Assembly: GCA_965218295.1 (NCBI GenBank)
Contig: CBDCKN010000015.1
Location: 224,001 to 288,000 of the forward strand
From: Longimicrobiales bacterium
Lineage (GTDB): Bacteria > Gemmatimonadota > Gemmatimonadetes > Longimicrobiales > Gaopeijiaceae
Direction: 5' to 3'
Length of the DNA: 64,000 bases
Each line of letters opens with the position of its first letter. Within the stretch, counting starts at the first letter, position 1. The notes below the pieces were generated by a model. The model saw only the letters and a program-made list of their open reading frames with translations, ran no database searches and was not told the DNA's origin. The position numbers and the translations under genes are program-made. This document shows, in pieces, positions 1-9,130 of the stretch.

Positions 1-66
1 TCACCTACACTAGGCTAGCCTCGCACCAGAGGGACGACTCAACCTCTCCAAAAGGACCCAGAGACC

Positions 67-780
67 ATGGCGAGACCCCGCGGCATTGCTGTGACCGTCC
101 TTGCTTTCTCCCTCTTTCTCGGCTTTCTCGGCGCATGCGCGACCAACCGGTCCATCCCCCAAGCGACTGAGCTTCCCGCGGTAACCAAGGCGGGCGTTCA
201 GCCGGGTGACCAGCTCGTCATCGCCTTCTACACGGCGGCCGGGGCCGAGCTCCAGCAGGTCTCGGGAGAACGAACCATCGACGACAATGGTGAGATATTC
301 CTGCCGTTCCTGGGGACCGTGAGCGTCCTCGGCATCGACGCCCAAGCCATCCGCGAGCTCCTCGAGGAGCGCTACGGAGTTCTGTACTCCGATCCCGTCG
401 TCGAGGTAGTAGCCAACATCCACGTCAATATCACGGGCTCTGTCTCCAGAGCCGGCCAGTACTTCGTTCCCCCAACCGCAACACTCGTCGACGCTTTGGC
501 GCTTGCGGGAGGAGCCGGCTCGGAGGTCGACGTCGGCCTGCAAGGAGGAGCGTCCGATCCAGGCCGCGTGCGGCTCGTCCGTGACGGCGTGGCGACGGTC
601 ATCGACATGCGGCCTCTGGATGTCCGTCCGGAGGTCCTGTCGCTTCGTGTCCAGTCCGGAGATTGGCTCCACGTTCCCAGGGCCATCCGCTCGCAGCTTC
701 GGGACGACGTTACGTTCTACGGCACGGTTCTGACTACGCTCCTCACATTCGCCTCTCTCATTGTCCTGATCGCGCGTTAG
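67..780 (+). CDS. Polysaccharide export (Wza-like, Poly_export + SLBB) lipoprotein
   Basis: Lipobox LGAC; PGD..I, G.I.LPFLG.V and V.ITGSV..AG.Y motifs; C-terminal hydrophobic helix. Confidence 0.75.
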   Translation: MARPRGIAVTVLAFSLFLGFLGACATNRSIPQATELPAVTKAGVQPGDQLVIAFYTAAGAELQQVSGERTIDDNGEIFLPFLGTVSVLGIDAQAIRELLEERYGVLYSDPVVEVVANIHVNITGSVSRAGQYFVPPTATLVDALALAGGAGSEVDVGLQGGASDPGRVRLVRDGVATVIDMRPLDVRPEVLSLRVQSGDWLHVPRAIRSQLRDDVTFYGTVLTTLLTFASLIVLIAR

Positions 781-794
781 CCGGACCCACCCCC

Positions 795-1439
795 ATGCAC
801 CATGGTACGCAGGAGGGTTGGATCGAGGTGGTCGCGGGGGTGATGTTTTCGGGCAAGTCCGAAGAGCTCCTCCGGCGCGTGCGCCGGGCCCTCATCGCCA
901 AGAAGTCTGTTCAGGTGTTCAAGTCGCATCTCGACGACCGTTACGGCGGGGTCTTCCAGATCAGCTCCCACGACGGGCAGCAAGTCGACGCCGTCCCCGT
1001 CTCGAGCTCAGTGCAGGTCGCCGAGCACGTCAAGCCGAGCGTCCAGGTCGTGGCTGTGGACGAGGCTCAGTTCCTGGACGACGGCATCATCGGCGTCGTG
1101 AACGACCTTGCGGACCGGGGCGTCCGCGTGATCGTGGCGGGCACGGACATGGACTTCAGGGGCGAGCCGTTCGGTCCCATGCCCCAGCTCCTGGCAATCG
1201 CCGAGCTGGTGGACAAGCTCCACGCCATCTGCGTCGTGTGCGGCGACCTGGCGACCCGGAACCAGCGGCTGATCGACGGGAGGCCGGCCCCTGCGGAGGG
1301 ACCCACCATCCAGGTGGGCGGCTCGGAAAGCTATGAGGCACGGTGCCGCAAGTGTCACGAGGTGCCGCAGGTGGATCGCGGCCAGACCATGATGGCCATG
1401 GGCGACCTCGGCCCCGACGAGGCGGCGCGCGCCCAGTAG
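795..1439 (+). CDS. tdk: Thymidine kinase
   Basis: [12 protein letters not shown]-loop, [17 protein letters not shown], zinc site CVVC...CRKC; ATG at 795. Confidence 0.95.
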   Translation: MHHGTQEGWIEVVAGVMFSGKSEELLRRVRRALIAKKSVQVFKSHLDDRYGGVFQISSHDGQQVDAVPVSSSVQVAEHVKPSVQVVAVDEAQFLDDGIIGVVNDLADRGVRVIVAGTDMDFRGEPFGPMPQLLAIAELVDKLHAICVVCGDLATRNQRLIDGRPAPAEGPTIQVGGSESYEARCRKCHEVPQVDRGQTMMAMGDLGPDEAARAQ

Positions 1440-1510
1440 CCTCTACGATCCTTGACACTCCTCCCACGGCACTAGAGTTTTTCTCACTCTGCCGACACCC
1501 GGCAAGTCAA

Positions 1511-1583
1511 TCCCGCGTAGCTCAGTTGGTAGAGCAGGCGGCTGTTAACCGCCTTGTCGCTGGTTCGAGTCCAGCCGCGGGAG
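1511..1583 (+). tRNA. tRNA-Asn (GTT); CCA not encoded
   Basis: Acceptor stem TCCCGCG/CGCGGGA, D arm GCTC/GAGC, anticodon arm GGCGG-CTGTTAA-CCGCC, T loop TTCGAGT. Confidence 0.97.
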
Positions 1584-1669
1584 CTCACGCATCACCCTCG
1601 AGGCTCCCGAGGCCCGACCCGAACGTTCGCGGCGCGCTGAGATTGTTCGCCTGGCATGAGTCCAATCAC

Positions 1670-1720
1670 GTAGTGTTCCGTTGCCGAAGTTCGCGAGACA
1701 CTTTGACAACGGGACACTAG
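1670..1720. mobile_element. Miniature inverted-repeat element, copy A (51 nt)
   Basis: GTAGTGTTCCGTTGCCGAAGT...ACTTTGACAACGGGACACTAG; both ends match the copies at 30780 and 48390. Confidence 0.75.
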
Positions 1721-1809
1721 GGCAGATCGGCCTCAACCGGACCGAGCTCGGCTACCAGGCGCTCCAGTTCCGGCTGTACGACCACATGGACAAGTCGGCC
1801 GGGGCCTGA
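1720..1809 (+). pseudogene. 3' remnant of an unidentified gene (GQIGLNRTELGYQALQFRLYDHMDKSAGA*)
   Basis: All 29 sense codons end in G/C; starts exactly at the element end; no proper start. Confidence 0.5.
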
Positions 1810-1888
1810 AATGTGTTCTTGGGGTCCAACGGGGCGAGATGTAGATTAGCTGCCACCAGCCTGGAGTTGCCTCGGACGGAGGGCTTAC

Positions 1889-3238
1889 ATGGGTGACAAG
1901 CCTGAGACCACGCGCCAGGGCGGGATGTTTACCGACGAGACCGGCAAGCAGCTCCCCCTCGCCATGCAGTACGACTATACCAACTTCTACTTCGGGTCAG
2001 GGGACGACGCCTTCGCCATGCTCGACCCGTTCGACGAGTGGTATAAGGACTCGAAGCCGGCGGGTTACTACCTGTACGGCCTTCCCATGCAGGGCGCGCC
2101 CACCACGCGCGTGGACATCCGCAACACCAAGACGGGTGAGATCCACGAAGGGCTCCTGAACTTTGCCTCGTACAACTACCTCGGTCTCTCCTATCGCTCC
2201 GAGGTCAAGGAGGCCGTGATCGAGGCGGCCTTCCTCTACGGCAACGGTGCGTCGGGCTCACCGATCCTGAGCGGATCGCTCGAGATCCACCACGAGCTGG
2301 CGGACCGACTGGCGGCGTTCAAGGGCAAGGAGGCGGTGCTCCTCTTCCCCACGGGCTACAGCGTGAACGTCGGGGTCATCGCCGGGCTCATGCGCTCGGG
2401 AGATCTCATCGTTGCGGACCAGTACGCCCACGCCAGCCTCGTGGACGGCATGATCCTGTCCAAGGCCACGAGCCGTTTCTTCCGCCACAACAAGGTCGAG
2501 GACCTCGAGCGGAAGCTGAAGCGCTACGATGGCAAGAAGCTGGTCCTCATCGAGGGCGTCTACTCCATGGACGGCGACGTGGCCGTCGTCCCCGAGATCG
2601 TCGAGGTGTGCCAGCGCTACGGCGCCCGCATCCTCATCGACGAGGCCCACTCGACCTTCATCTACGGTGACAACGGCCGCGGCGTGGCCGAGCACTTCGG
2701 CTACGACGACGAGATCGACATCCACGTGGGAACGTTCTCGAAGAGCCTCGGCGGACAGGGCGGCTTCGTGGCCGGCTCCCAGAAGCTGATCAACTACCTG
2801 CGCGGGTTCTCGAGATCGCGATTCTTCTCCTGCGGGCTGTCACCCGTGGTGGCCGCCGGCATCCTCAAGGCGTTGGATCTCTTCGAGGCCGAGCCGGAGC
2901 TCCGGACCAAGCTCTGGGAGAACGTGGACTTCATGCAGAAGCGCCTCCGAGACGCCGGCGTCTCGGTGGGGGACTCCGAGTGTCAGGTGATCCCCATCAT
3001 GATACAGGACGACGCCCGCGTGTTCGAGATCGGCGAGGCGCTCATGCAGAAAGGCATCTACATCAATCCAGTCAAGTATCCGGCGGTCCCCAAGCACAAG
3101 TCCCGCTTCCGCATGTCCATCTCAGCGTCGCACTCCCGGGAGGAGCTGGAGGAAGGAGCCCGGATCATAACCAGCGTCTTGCAAAGGTACGGCTCATGCC
3201 CGATAACAGAGGACACTATTACTTCAACAACGGGCTGA
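1889..3238 (+). CDS. Alpha-oxoamine synthase, serine palmitoyltransferase-like (PLP class II)
   Basis: NFASYNYLGL, HASL, EGVYSMDGD, DEAHS; PLP-Lys motif GTFSKSLG is SPT-type rather than the BioF/KBL GTLGKA. Confidence 0.8.
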   Translation: MGDKPETTRQGGMFTDETGKQLPLAMQYDYTNFYFGSGDDAFAMLDPFDEWYKDSKPAGYYLYGLPMQGAPTTRVDIRNTKTGEIHEGLLNFASYNYLGLSYRSEVKEAVIEAAFLYGNGASGSPILSGSLEIHHELADRLAAFKGKEAVLLFPTGYSVNVGVIAGLMRSGDLIVADQYAHASLVDGMILSKATSRFFRHNKVEDLERKLKRYDGKKLVLIEGVYSMDGDVAVVPEIVEVCQRYGARILIDEAHSTFIYGDNGRGVAEHFGYDDEIDIHVGTFSKSLGGQGGFVAGSQKLINYLRGFSRSRFFSCGLSPVVAAGILKALDLFEAEPELRTKLWENVDFMQKRLRDAGVSVGDSECQVIPIMIQDDARVFEIGEALMQKGIYINPVKYPAVPKHKSRFRMSISASHSREELEEGARIITSVLQRYGSCPITEDTITSTTG

Positions 3239-3867
3239 GCTGCCTCTTCGAGATGCCGACCTTGGATGCGAAGCGGCTTCTTCCCTCGCACCTGCAACCT
3301 CTCGAAGTCCAGCACCAGCGGAGCGTCCTCTCGGTCACCGCGTTCGACTTCTTCGAAGGAGACGGTGGGGTGTACCAGGAGCTGGTGCTCTCCATTTTGG
3401 TGCCGCCGCTCGTGAAGCCGGGCGACTCGCTTCCCAAGGCCGCCCTCTATCCGTTCATCGTGGCCACCAGCACCGAATACGGGCGCAAGGAGGGCATCGA
3501 ACGTTGGAGGCTGCCGCACCTCATGCTTGACATCGACATGGAGTTCACCGAGGGCGAGGGTGAGATTTCGGTGGCGGTGAGCGCCGCCGGCGATCCCATC
3601 TGCGAGATGTCGGGCACCAGCCACGAGTTCGAGCCGGCCGAGCTTCTTTTCCATTCCTTCATGTCGGACGACACCGGCAACTTCAAGTCGAATCTGACTA
3701 TGCGGGGCGAGGGGTATAGCGAGCACGAGTTCGAGCGTGGATCGCTCACCCTCCACGAGCACGAGATGACGGCGGGGCTCACCATCGACGAGATCGCCGA
3801 CTATCCGTTTCGGGAGCAGTGGATGAAGAGCGGCGTGGAGATCTTCACGCCCCTGGAGAACGTCTGA
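3196..3867 (+). CDS. Acetoacetate-decarboxylase-fold protein (Schiff-base Lys replaced by His)
   Basis: LLP..LQP, GVYQELVLSILV, and GIERWRLPH aligning with the family motif GRE.WG.PK; ATG at 3196 overlaps the upstream gene. Confidence 0.6.
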   Translation: MPDNRGHYYFNNGLSCLFEMPTLDAKRLLPSHLQPLEVQHQRSVLSVTAFDFFEGDGGVYQELVLSILVPPLVKPGDSLPKAALYPFIVATSTEYGRKEGIERWRLPHLMLDIDMEFTEGEGEISVAVSAAGDPICEMSGTSHEFEPAELLFHSFMSDDTGNFKSNLTMRGEGYSEHEFERGSLTLHEHEMTAGLTIDEIADYPFREQWMKSGVEIFTPLENV

Positions 3868-3905
3868 CCTCCATAGACATCGAGCCCCGGCCACAACAAC
3901 CGGCC

Positions 3906-4871
3906 ATGTCGTCCGACCAAAGCTCCAAGCGTGCCTTTGTGATCTTCAACCCGGCCTCGGGCCGGGGCAGAAGCGCGCGCTGCATGGATCGGCTGCTCGA
4001 CCTTCTCGGAAAGCACCTGCCGGGGTTCGAGCACGCCGTCACGGAGCAGCCCGGCGAGGAGAGCCTGCTGGCCGATCAGGCCCTCGCCGGCGGCCGCTTC
4101 GACCTCATCGTCGCCGTGGGCGGCGACGGCACCTGGAGCAACGTGGCGGACCGGGTGGTGGCATGTGACATGGAGGACGTGGCCTTCGGCCTCTTGGCCG
4201 CGGGCACCGGAAACGACTTCGGGCGCAACTTCGGACTTTCCGAACGGAATCCCGACGACGCCGTCCGGGCCCTCGCCGAGGGGAAGGTCATGACCGTGGA
4301 CGTGGGTCGCGTGGTCACGCTGGGCACTCCCGTAGGGGCTCCAGCCGACGTTCTGGGCCCGGGCGAGGGGCGTCACTTCCTGAACCTCATCGGGTTCGGG
4401 TTCGACGTTGCCGTAATCGAGGACGCCGCCGACGCCCGATTCCTCCGGGGGGCCGTCCTCTACAAGGTGACCGCCCTGAAGAACCTGTTCTCCTTCCCGG
4501 GCGTGGACCTGGAGCTCACGAGCGACGAGCCCACGGTCGACGGCAAGCAGCTCATGCTCACCATCTCCAACGGACCGTTCTTCGGGGGCGGGTTCCCCAT
4601 CGCACCGGCGGCGGAGCTCACCGATGGCCTGCTGGACGCTTGCGCCATCGGCAACGCCCCTCCGCTCACCCTCATGCGGCTGTTCCACATGGCCGAAAAG
4701 GGCAACCACGTTCTCTCCCCGTTCGTACACACACGCCGAAGCCGACGCTTCACCGTGAGCTTCGACGAGCCCCCAAAGTACGAGGTGGACGGCGAGGTCT
4801 GGCAGGCCCACGAGCCCGACGTGGAGGTGGAGGTGGTGCCCCGGGCCCTCAGGGTCGTGGTCCCCGCCTGA
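3906..4871 (+). CDS. Diacylglycerol/sphingosine/ceramide kinase family (DAGK_cat, YegS-like)
   Basis: NPASGRG, GGDGT, GTGNDF, GFGFD, FFGGG..IAP.A...DG.LD, EVDGE. Confidence 0.9.
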   Translation: MSSDQSSKRAFVIFNPASGRGRSARCMDRLLDLLGKHLPGFEHAVTEQPGEESLLADQALAGGRFDLIVAVGGDGTWSNVADRVVACDMEDVAFGLLAAGTGNDFGRNFGLSERNPDDAVRALAEGKVMTVDVGRVVTLGTPVGAPADVLGPGEGRHFLNLIGFGFDVAVIEDAADARFLRGAVLYKVTALKNLFSFPGVDLELTSDEPTVDGKQLMLTISNGPFFGGGFPIAPAAELTDGLLDACAIGNAPPLTLMRLFHMAEKGNHVLSPFVHTRRSRRFTVSFDEPPKYEVDGEVWQAHEPDVEVEVVPRALRVVVPA

Positions 4872-4897
4872 GACTCAGGCCGCGAAGGCCCAGGCTC

Positions 4898-5545
4898 CTA
4901 TCCCGACGTCTTCTTGAGGCGTCCGGCCACCAGCGTCCAGCTCTGGTCGGCCAGCAGCTCCGCATCAGCCTCGTCGTGGCTCACCAGGACCAGCGGAGTG
5001 CCATGTCTTTGGGCGTAGTGGCGCACCGCCGTGGCGATCTCCAGGCGTAGAGGCCGGTCAAGCGCGGAGAACGGCTCGTCCAGGAGCAGTAGCCTGGGAT
5101 TCGAGAGCAGAGCCCTGCCCAGAGCCACCCTCTGGCGCTCACCCCCCGACAGGAACCGCGGCCGCCTTTCCAGGAGCTCGGAGAGGGAGAGAAGCTCGGA
5201 GACTTTAGCGACGTCGGACGGGTCCGGTCCCGTGTAGGCCAGATTCTCCCGCACCGAGAGGTGGGGGAAGAGGAGGGCCTCCTGGGGCACCCAGCCGACC
5301 CGTCGTTCCCAAGCCGGGACGGACACTCCGGCTCCCGTGTCGAGCCAGACGTCTCCGTTGACCCGCACCGTCCCCTGAGCCGCGGGCTCCAGCCCGGCGA
5401 GGACACGCAGGAGGGAGCTCTTCCCCGAGCCGGACGGTCCAACGATTGCGACCGAGGCGCTGCTCGGGCCCCAGTCCACGTCGAGCTCGAAGGCGTCCAG
5501 CGGGAGGCGGATCCGCGCGTGCAGGGGTCCGGCCTCAGCGCCCAT
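4898..5545 (-). CDS. modC: Molybdate ABC transporter ATP-binding subunit
   Basis: GPSGSGKS, LFPHLSVRENL, LSGGERQRVA, LLLDEP; follows modB. Confidence 0.88.
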   Translation of the reverse strand: MGAEAGPLHARIRLPLDAFELDVDWGPSSASVAIVGPSGSGKSSLLRVLAGLEPAAQGTVRVNGDVWLDTGAGVSVPAWERRVGWVPQEALLFPHLSVRENLAYTGPDPSDVAKVSELLSLSELLERRPRFLSGGERQRVALGRALLSNPRLLLLDEPFSALDRPLRLEIATAVRHYAQRHGTPLVLVSHDEADAELLADQSWTLVAGRLKKTSG

Positions 5546-7091
5546 GGTGTTCCTCCAACCGTCTCCGCTGCCACCGGGACAGCGACTCGAAGCCGAGGAG
5601 CGCCACCAAGGAGAGCGTTACGCTCGCCACCACCAGCGCCCACGTGGCTCCCCGCCCCGACGGAGACTCCAGAAGCGAGTAGACTGCGAGGGCGATGGTC
5701 CGGGTCTCGCCTTCCAGGTTGCCGGCCAGAACCACCGTCGCCCCGAACTCCCCCAGGGCCCGGGCGAAGGCCAGCACGCTGCCTGCCGCGATCCCCGGGA
5801 GGGCCAGCGGGAGCGAGATGCGGCGGAAGGTGGGCGCCTTGGGTACACCCAGCGTCCACGAGACCTCCTCGAAGCGCTGATCCACCGTCTCGAAGGCACC
5901 CCGGATGGCCATGACGTAGAGGGGAAAGCCCACCACGAGAGCCGCCACGATGGCGCCCAGGACCGTGAAGGGAACCGGCAGGCCCATGGCGTCGAGCAGC
6001 CTACCCAGGGCCGACTGCCGGCCCAGGACGCTGAGAAGGAGGAAGCCGGTTACCACGGGCGGAATGACCAGGGGCGCCATGAAGAGCATGGAGACGAAGG
6101 TCTTCCCAAAGAAGTCGTGCCGGGCCAGCATCCACCCCACCGCTACGGCAGGGACGAGGCCCAGGACCACCGCCCCCAGGGCCACAATGAGAGAGAGGCG
6201 AACCGCGGACCAGGGATCGAGGGCGAAGCCCGCCTCGGGTGCCTCGGACGCGGCCGCTCCGAACTCTGCCGCGTCCCACACGCCGAAGCCCGACGCGGCG
6301 AAGATGGCCACGGCCGCCGGCCCCTGGAGGAAGCCCACGAACGCGGCCGCCGCCTCGGTGCTGCGCGATCCCGCCGTCACCGTGCCCGGGTACACGACCG
6401 CCGGATAGCCCTCGGAGGGAAACGCGAACGCTATCCGGACCCGGTCCTCGGCGAGAGCGTCGGTCCGGTACACGATGCCCCCGTCGGCCTCGCCCCTGGC
6501 CACCCACTCCAGGGTGCCCCGTACGCTCCCGCCTCGAACGACGCGGTCCTCGACGGCTTCCCAGACCCCGGCCAGGCCCAGGGCGGCCTTCGCGTAGCGC
6601 CCGGCCGGCACGTCCTCGCCGGCCAGGGCCATCCTCCGGAGACTGGAGTCCTCCAGACCTCGCGGATCATCCGGTCCGAAGGCAGCATCCGAGGGCACCA
6701 CGAACACTAGCCGGTTCGTGGCCAGAGAGCGGATCGACGCGGGATCGACGCTCCCCTTCTCCTCGAGCCATCGCATCCAGGCGACGTCGGCCGAGATGAA
6801 GACGTCCGCGGGGGCGCCACGGAACACCTGGGGCGCCAGGCGCGAGGTGGCGTCGAAGTTGAATCGAACCGGGGGCCCACCGGCGCGCTCCCAGGCCCCG
6901 GCCACCTCGGGCAGCACGTCCTGAAGGCTCGAGGCGGCTAGAACCACGAGGGCGTCGGGCTCCTGGGGGGTCCCGGAATCGTCCCACGGACCGCCTCCCG
7001 GAGGGCCGGACGCGGCCGCCAGCCCCTGGGCCGCCGATAGCTGGACAGCTACGGCCCATCGGAGACATTGTTTAGCTTGAAGGAGTGACAA
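5535..7091 (-). CDS. modAB: Fused molybdate-binding protein (ModA) and permease (ModB); start uncertain
   Basis: AASSL, ADVFISA, VPAGRYA and GEADGGIVYRTDA, then PLVIPPVVTGF and FARALGEFGAT, in one uninterrupted frame. Confidence 0.85.
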   Translation of the reverse strand: MSLLQAKQCLRWAVAVQLSAAQGLAAASGPPGGGPWDDSGTPQEPDALVVLAASSLQDVLPEVAGAWERAGGPPVRFNFDATSRLAPQVFRGAPADVFISADVAWMRWLEEKGSVDPASIRSLATNRLVFVVPSDAAFGPDDPRGLEDSSLRRMALAGEDVPAGRYAKAALGLAGVWEAVEDRVVRGGSVRGTLEWVARGEADGGIVYRTDALAEDRVRIAFAFPSEGYPAVVYPGTVTAGSRSTEAAAAFVGFLQGPAAVAIFAASGFGVWDAAEFGAAASEAPEAGFALDPWSAVRLSLIVALGAVVLGLVPAVAVGWMLARHDFFGKTFVSMLFMAPLVIPPVVTGFLLLSVLGRQSALGRLLDAMGLPVPFTVLGAIVAALVVGFPLYVMAIRGAFETVDQRFEEVSWTLGVPKAPTFRRISLPLALPGIAAGSVLAFARALGEFGATVVLAGNLEGETRTIALAVYSLLESPSGRGATWALVVASVTLSLVALLGFESLSRWQRRRLEEHHGR

Positions 7092-7285
7092 GCGACAACC
7101 CGGAGGAGAGTCCCCGGCGAGACAGGTAAGTCTGTCGCACGCAAGGAGTTCTTCTGGTCATAGGCAGTCGGCAGCTTAGGCATCACCTCACAGACCGGCA
7201 AGGACATGCAGGAGGTTTGCGGGCCATGACTCGAGAAACTGAACCCGCCAGTGGCTGAGCAGCCCTCCCCCCCTCGCTCTGCATC

Positions 7286-9130
7286 ATGACCACTGTCCTA
7301 CTCCTCGTAGCACTAGCTCTGGCGCTCGCCGCCGGGTGGGCTCTCATCCAGTTGGCAGAGGCCGGCTCCAGCGGTCCGCCCGCCCCCGCGGGAGGCGACC
7401 TCATGGTGCTGGAGCACTCGCCGGTGGGCGCGCTCCTCCTCGATCCGGCGCTCCGGGTCACCTGGGCCAACGACACCTTCTGCCGCTTCTTCGGACTGAC
7501 CCGGGCCGAAGTCGTGGGACAGAAGATGCCCGACCTCATCCAGGCCCATTTGAAGGGCGCCGTGGCAGAGCCTGCGGCATTCGAGTCCGGTCTCTTGACC
7601 GCCTACGCCCCGGGCGGCACCGCCACGACACTCGAGATCCACATCATCCCGCAGGGCACCCGGCAACACCGGTGGCTCGAGCACGTGAGCCACGTAATCC
7701 GAGAGGGCCAATTAGAGGGAAGCCGGGTCGAGTACTTCGTGAACGTGACACCCCTCAAGCACGCCGCGCTCCATCAGCGGGCCGAGGTGCATCGCCGCAC
7801 GGAGCTCAACCAGACCCTCGTCGACCTGGCCAGACGGCGCACGCTGCACAAGGGGGATCGGGATGGGGCGCTCCGCGAGGTGTCGGAGGCCGCGGTGAAG
7901 ACCCTGGAGGTGGCACGCGCCGAGCTCTGGCGTCTCTCGAAGAATCGCGACCGGTGGACCCTGGACCACTATTACGACTGGGCGACCCGTCGCCACAAGA
8001 GCCCGCCCCACGAGGTGAAGGCCTCGGGGGTACAGGACTACTCAGGAGTGATCGAAGAGGTTCGTGTTCTGGCCGTGCCCGACGCCAGGAACGACCCCAG
8101 GAGCAAAGGGCTCGTCGGGCAAGGCCTTCTGGAGCCTGAGGCCGGAGCCCGCCTGGACGTTCCCGTACGCGTCAGGGGCAAAGTGGTCGCAGCCGCCGTC
8201 CTCGCCCACCACGTGTCCCGAGCCTGGACTTCGGAGGAGGAGCAGTTCGCCGCGTCAGTGGGAGACCGATTCTCCCTGATCATCGAAGCCACCGAAGGGA
8301 AGGAGGAGGCGCACCTGAGCGCGCCACCGGACGCGAGCGCACTACCGGACCCTGGCGCGCTACCGGATCCTAGCGCATTGCCGCACCCGACGGCACGACC
8401 GCGCCCGGCCGAGGAGCTCGATCCCCTGGACGGATTCATACATCTCGACGAGAACCTCCGCTTCACGTACCTCAGCCCCACCGTTCTGCAATGGCTGAAG
8501 GAGCGCGGTCACGACGGTGGAGCGCTGGTAGGGAAAGGGCTCGTGGAGTCACTGAAGAACGTGGGCGACGCCTCCGTCGTGGCCGAGATCCGGAAGGCGG
8601 CCCGGGGTGGGGGGCCGGCACGCATCCGGCGTCAGATCGAGCAAGACGGGCCCTGGCTCGACGTCTACATCAATCCCGTGGAGAACGGCGTGTCGGTCAC
8701 GCTCCAGCACAAGGCGCACCGCTACGAGCAGGAGGCCGAGCGCTTGCTCCGGGAGTCCGAGACCCGCTTCCGCTCCGTGGTGGAGTCGTTGGAGGAGGGA
8801 CTGATCATCACCGACCTCGAAGACCGCATCGTCTACGTGAATCCACGCATCACCGAGCTGACAGGGCATCGCCCGCAGGATCTCGGCGGACGGAACGCCC
8901 AGGAGCTCCTCTTCGACACGAAGAACTGGAAGAAAGCCGATGTGAGAATGGCCGCCCGCAGGGGGCGCAAGCGCATGCAATACCAAGCTTCCCTCCTCCA
9001 CAAGGACGGAGCCGCCATCGACGTGGAAGTCATCTCGAGCCCACTTCACGATGCCGACGGTCACGTGACGGGTGTCGTGGACGCCGTTACCGACATCTCC
9101 GGGCGACTGGCCCAGGAGCAGGGACACTAG
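7286..9130 (+). CDS. Membrane-anchored PAS-GAF-PAS-PAS sensor protein with no output domain
   Basis: N-terminal TM; PAS motifs WANDTFC..FG and YVNP.I..LTG; GAF motif DA.NDPR...LDVPV. Confidence 0.75.
   Translation: MTTVLLLVALALALAAGWALIQLAEAGSSGPPAPAGGDLMVLEHSPVGALLLDPALRVTWANDTFCRFFGLTRAEVVGQKMPDLIQAHLKGAVAEPAAFESGLLTAYAPGGTATTLEIHIIPQGTRQHRWLEHVSHVIREGQLEGSRVEYFVNVTPLKHAALHQRAEVHRRTELNQTLVDLARRRTLHKGDRDGALREVSEAAVKTLEVARAELWRLSKNRDRWTLDHYYDWATRRHKSPPHEVKASGVQDYSGVIEEVRVLAVPDARNDPRSKGLVGQGLLEPEAGARLDVPVRVRGKVVAAAVLAHHVSRAWTSEEEQFAASVGDRFSLIIEATEGKEEAHLSAPPDASALPDPGALPDPSALPHPTARPRPAEELDPLDGFIHLDENLRFTYLSPTVLQWLKERGHDGGALVGKGLVESLKNVGDASVVAEIRKAARGGGPARIRRQIEQDGPWLDVYINPVENGVSVTLQHKAHRYEQEAERLLRESETRFRSVVESLEEGLIITDLEDRIVYVNPRITELTGHRPQDLGGRNAQELLFDTKNWKKADVRMAARRGRKRMQYQASLLHKDGAAIDVEVISSPLHDADGHVTGVVDAVTDISGRLAQEQGH
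8318..8389 (+). repeat. Four imperfect in-frame 18-bp tandem repeats (SAPPDA SALPDP GALPDP SALPHP)
   Basis: AGCGCGCCACCGGACGCG / AGCGCACTACCGGACCCT / GGCGCGCTACCGGATCCT / AGCGCATTGCCGCACCCG. Confidence 0.85.

Noticed and set aside
1889..3238. Annotation as bioF
   Set aside because: No bio genes are adjacent, the PLP motif is GTFSKS and the neighbour is a lipid kinase; gene symbol withheld
7159..7180. CCTAAG...TATG on the minus strand upstream of modAB, reminiscent of a Moco riboswitch
   Set aside because: The flanking helix does not pair and the 3' CCTCCC/GGAAAGG element is absent; an Infernal search with the Moco model would be needed
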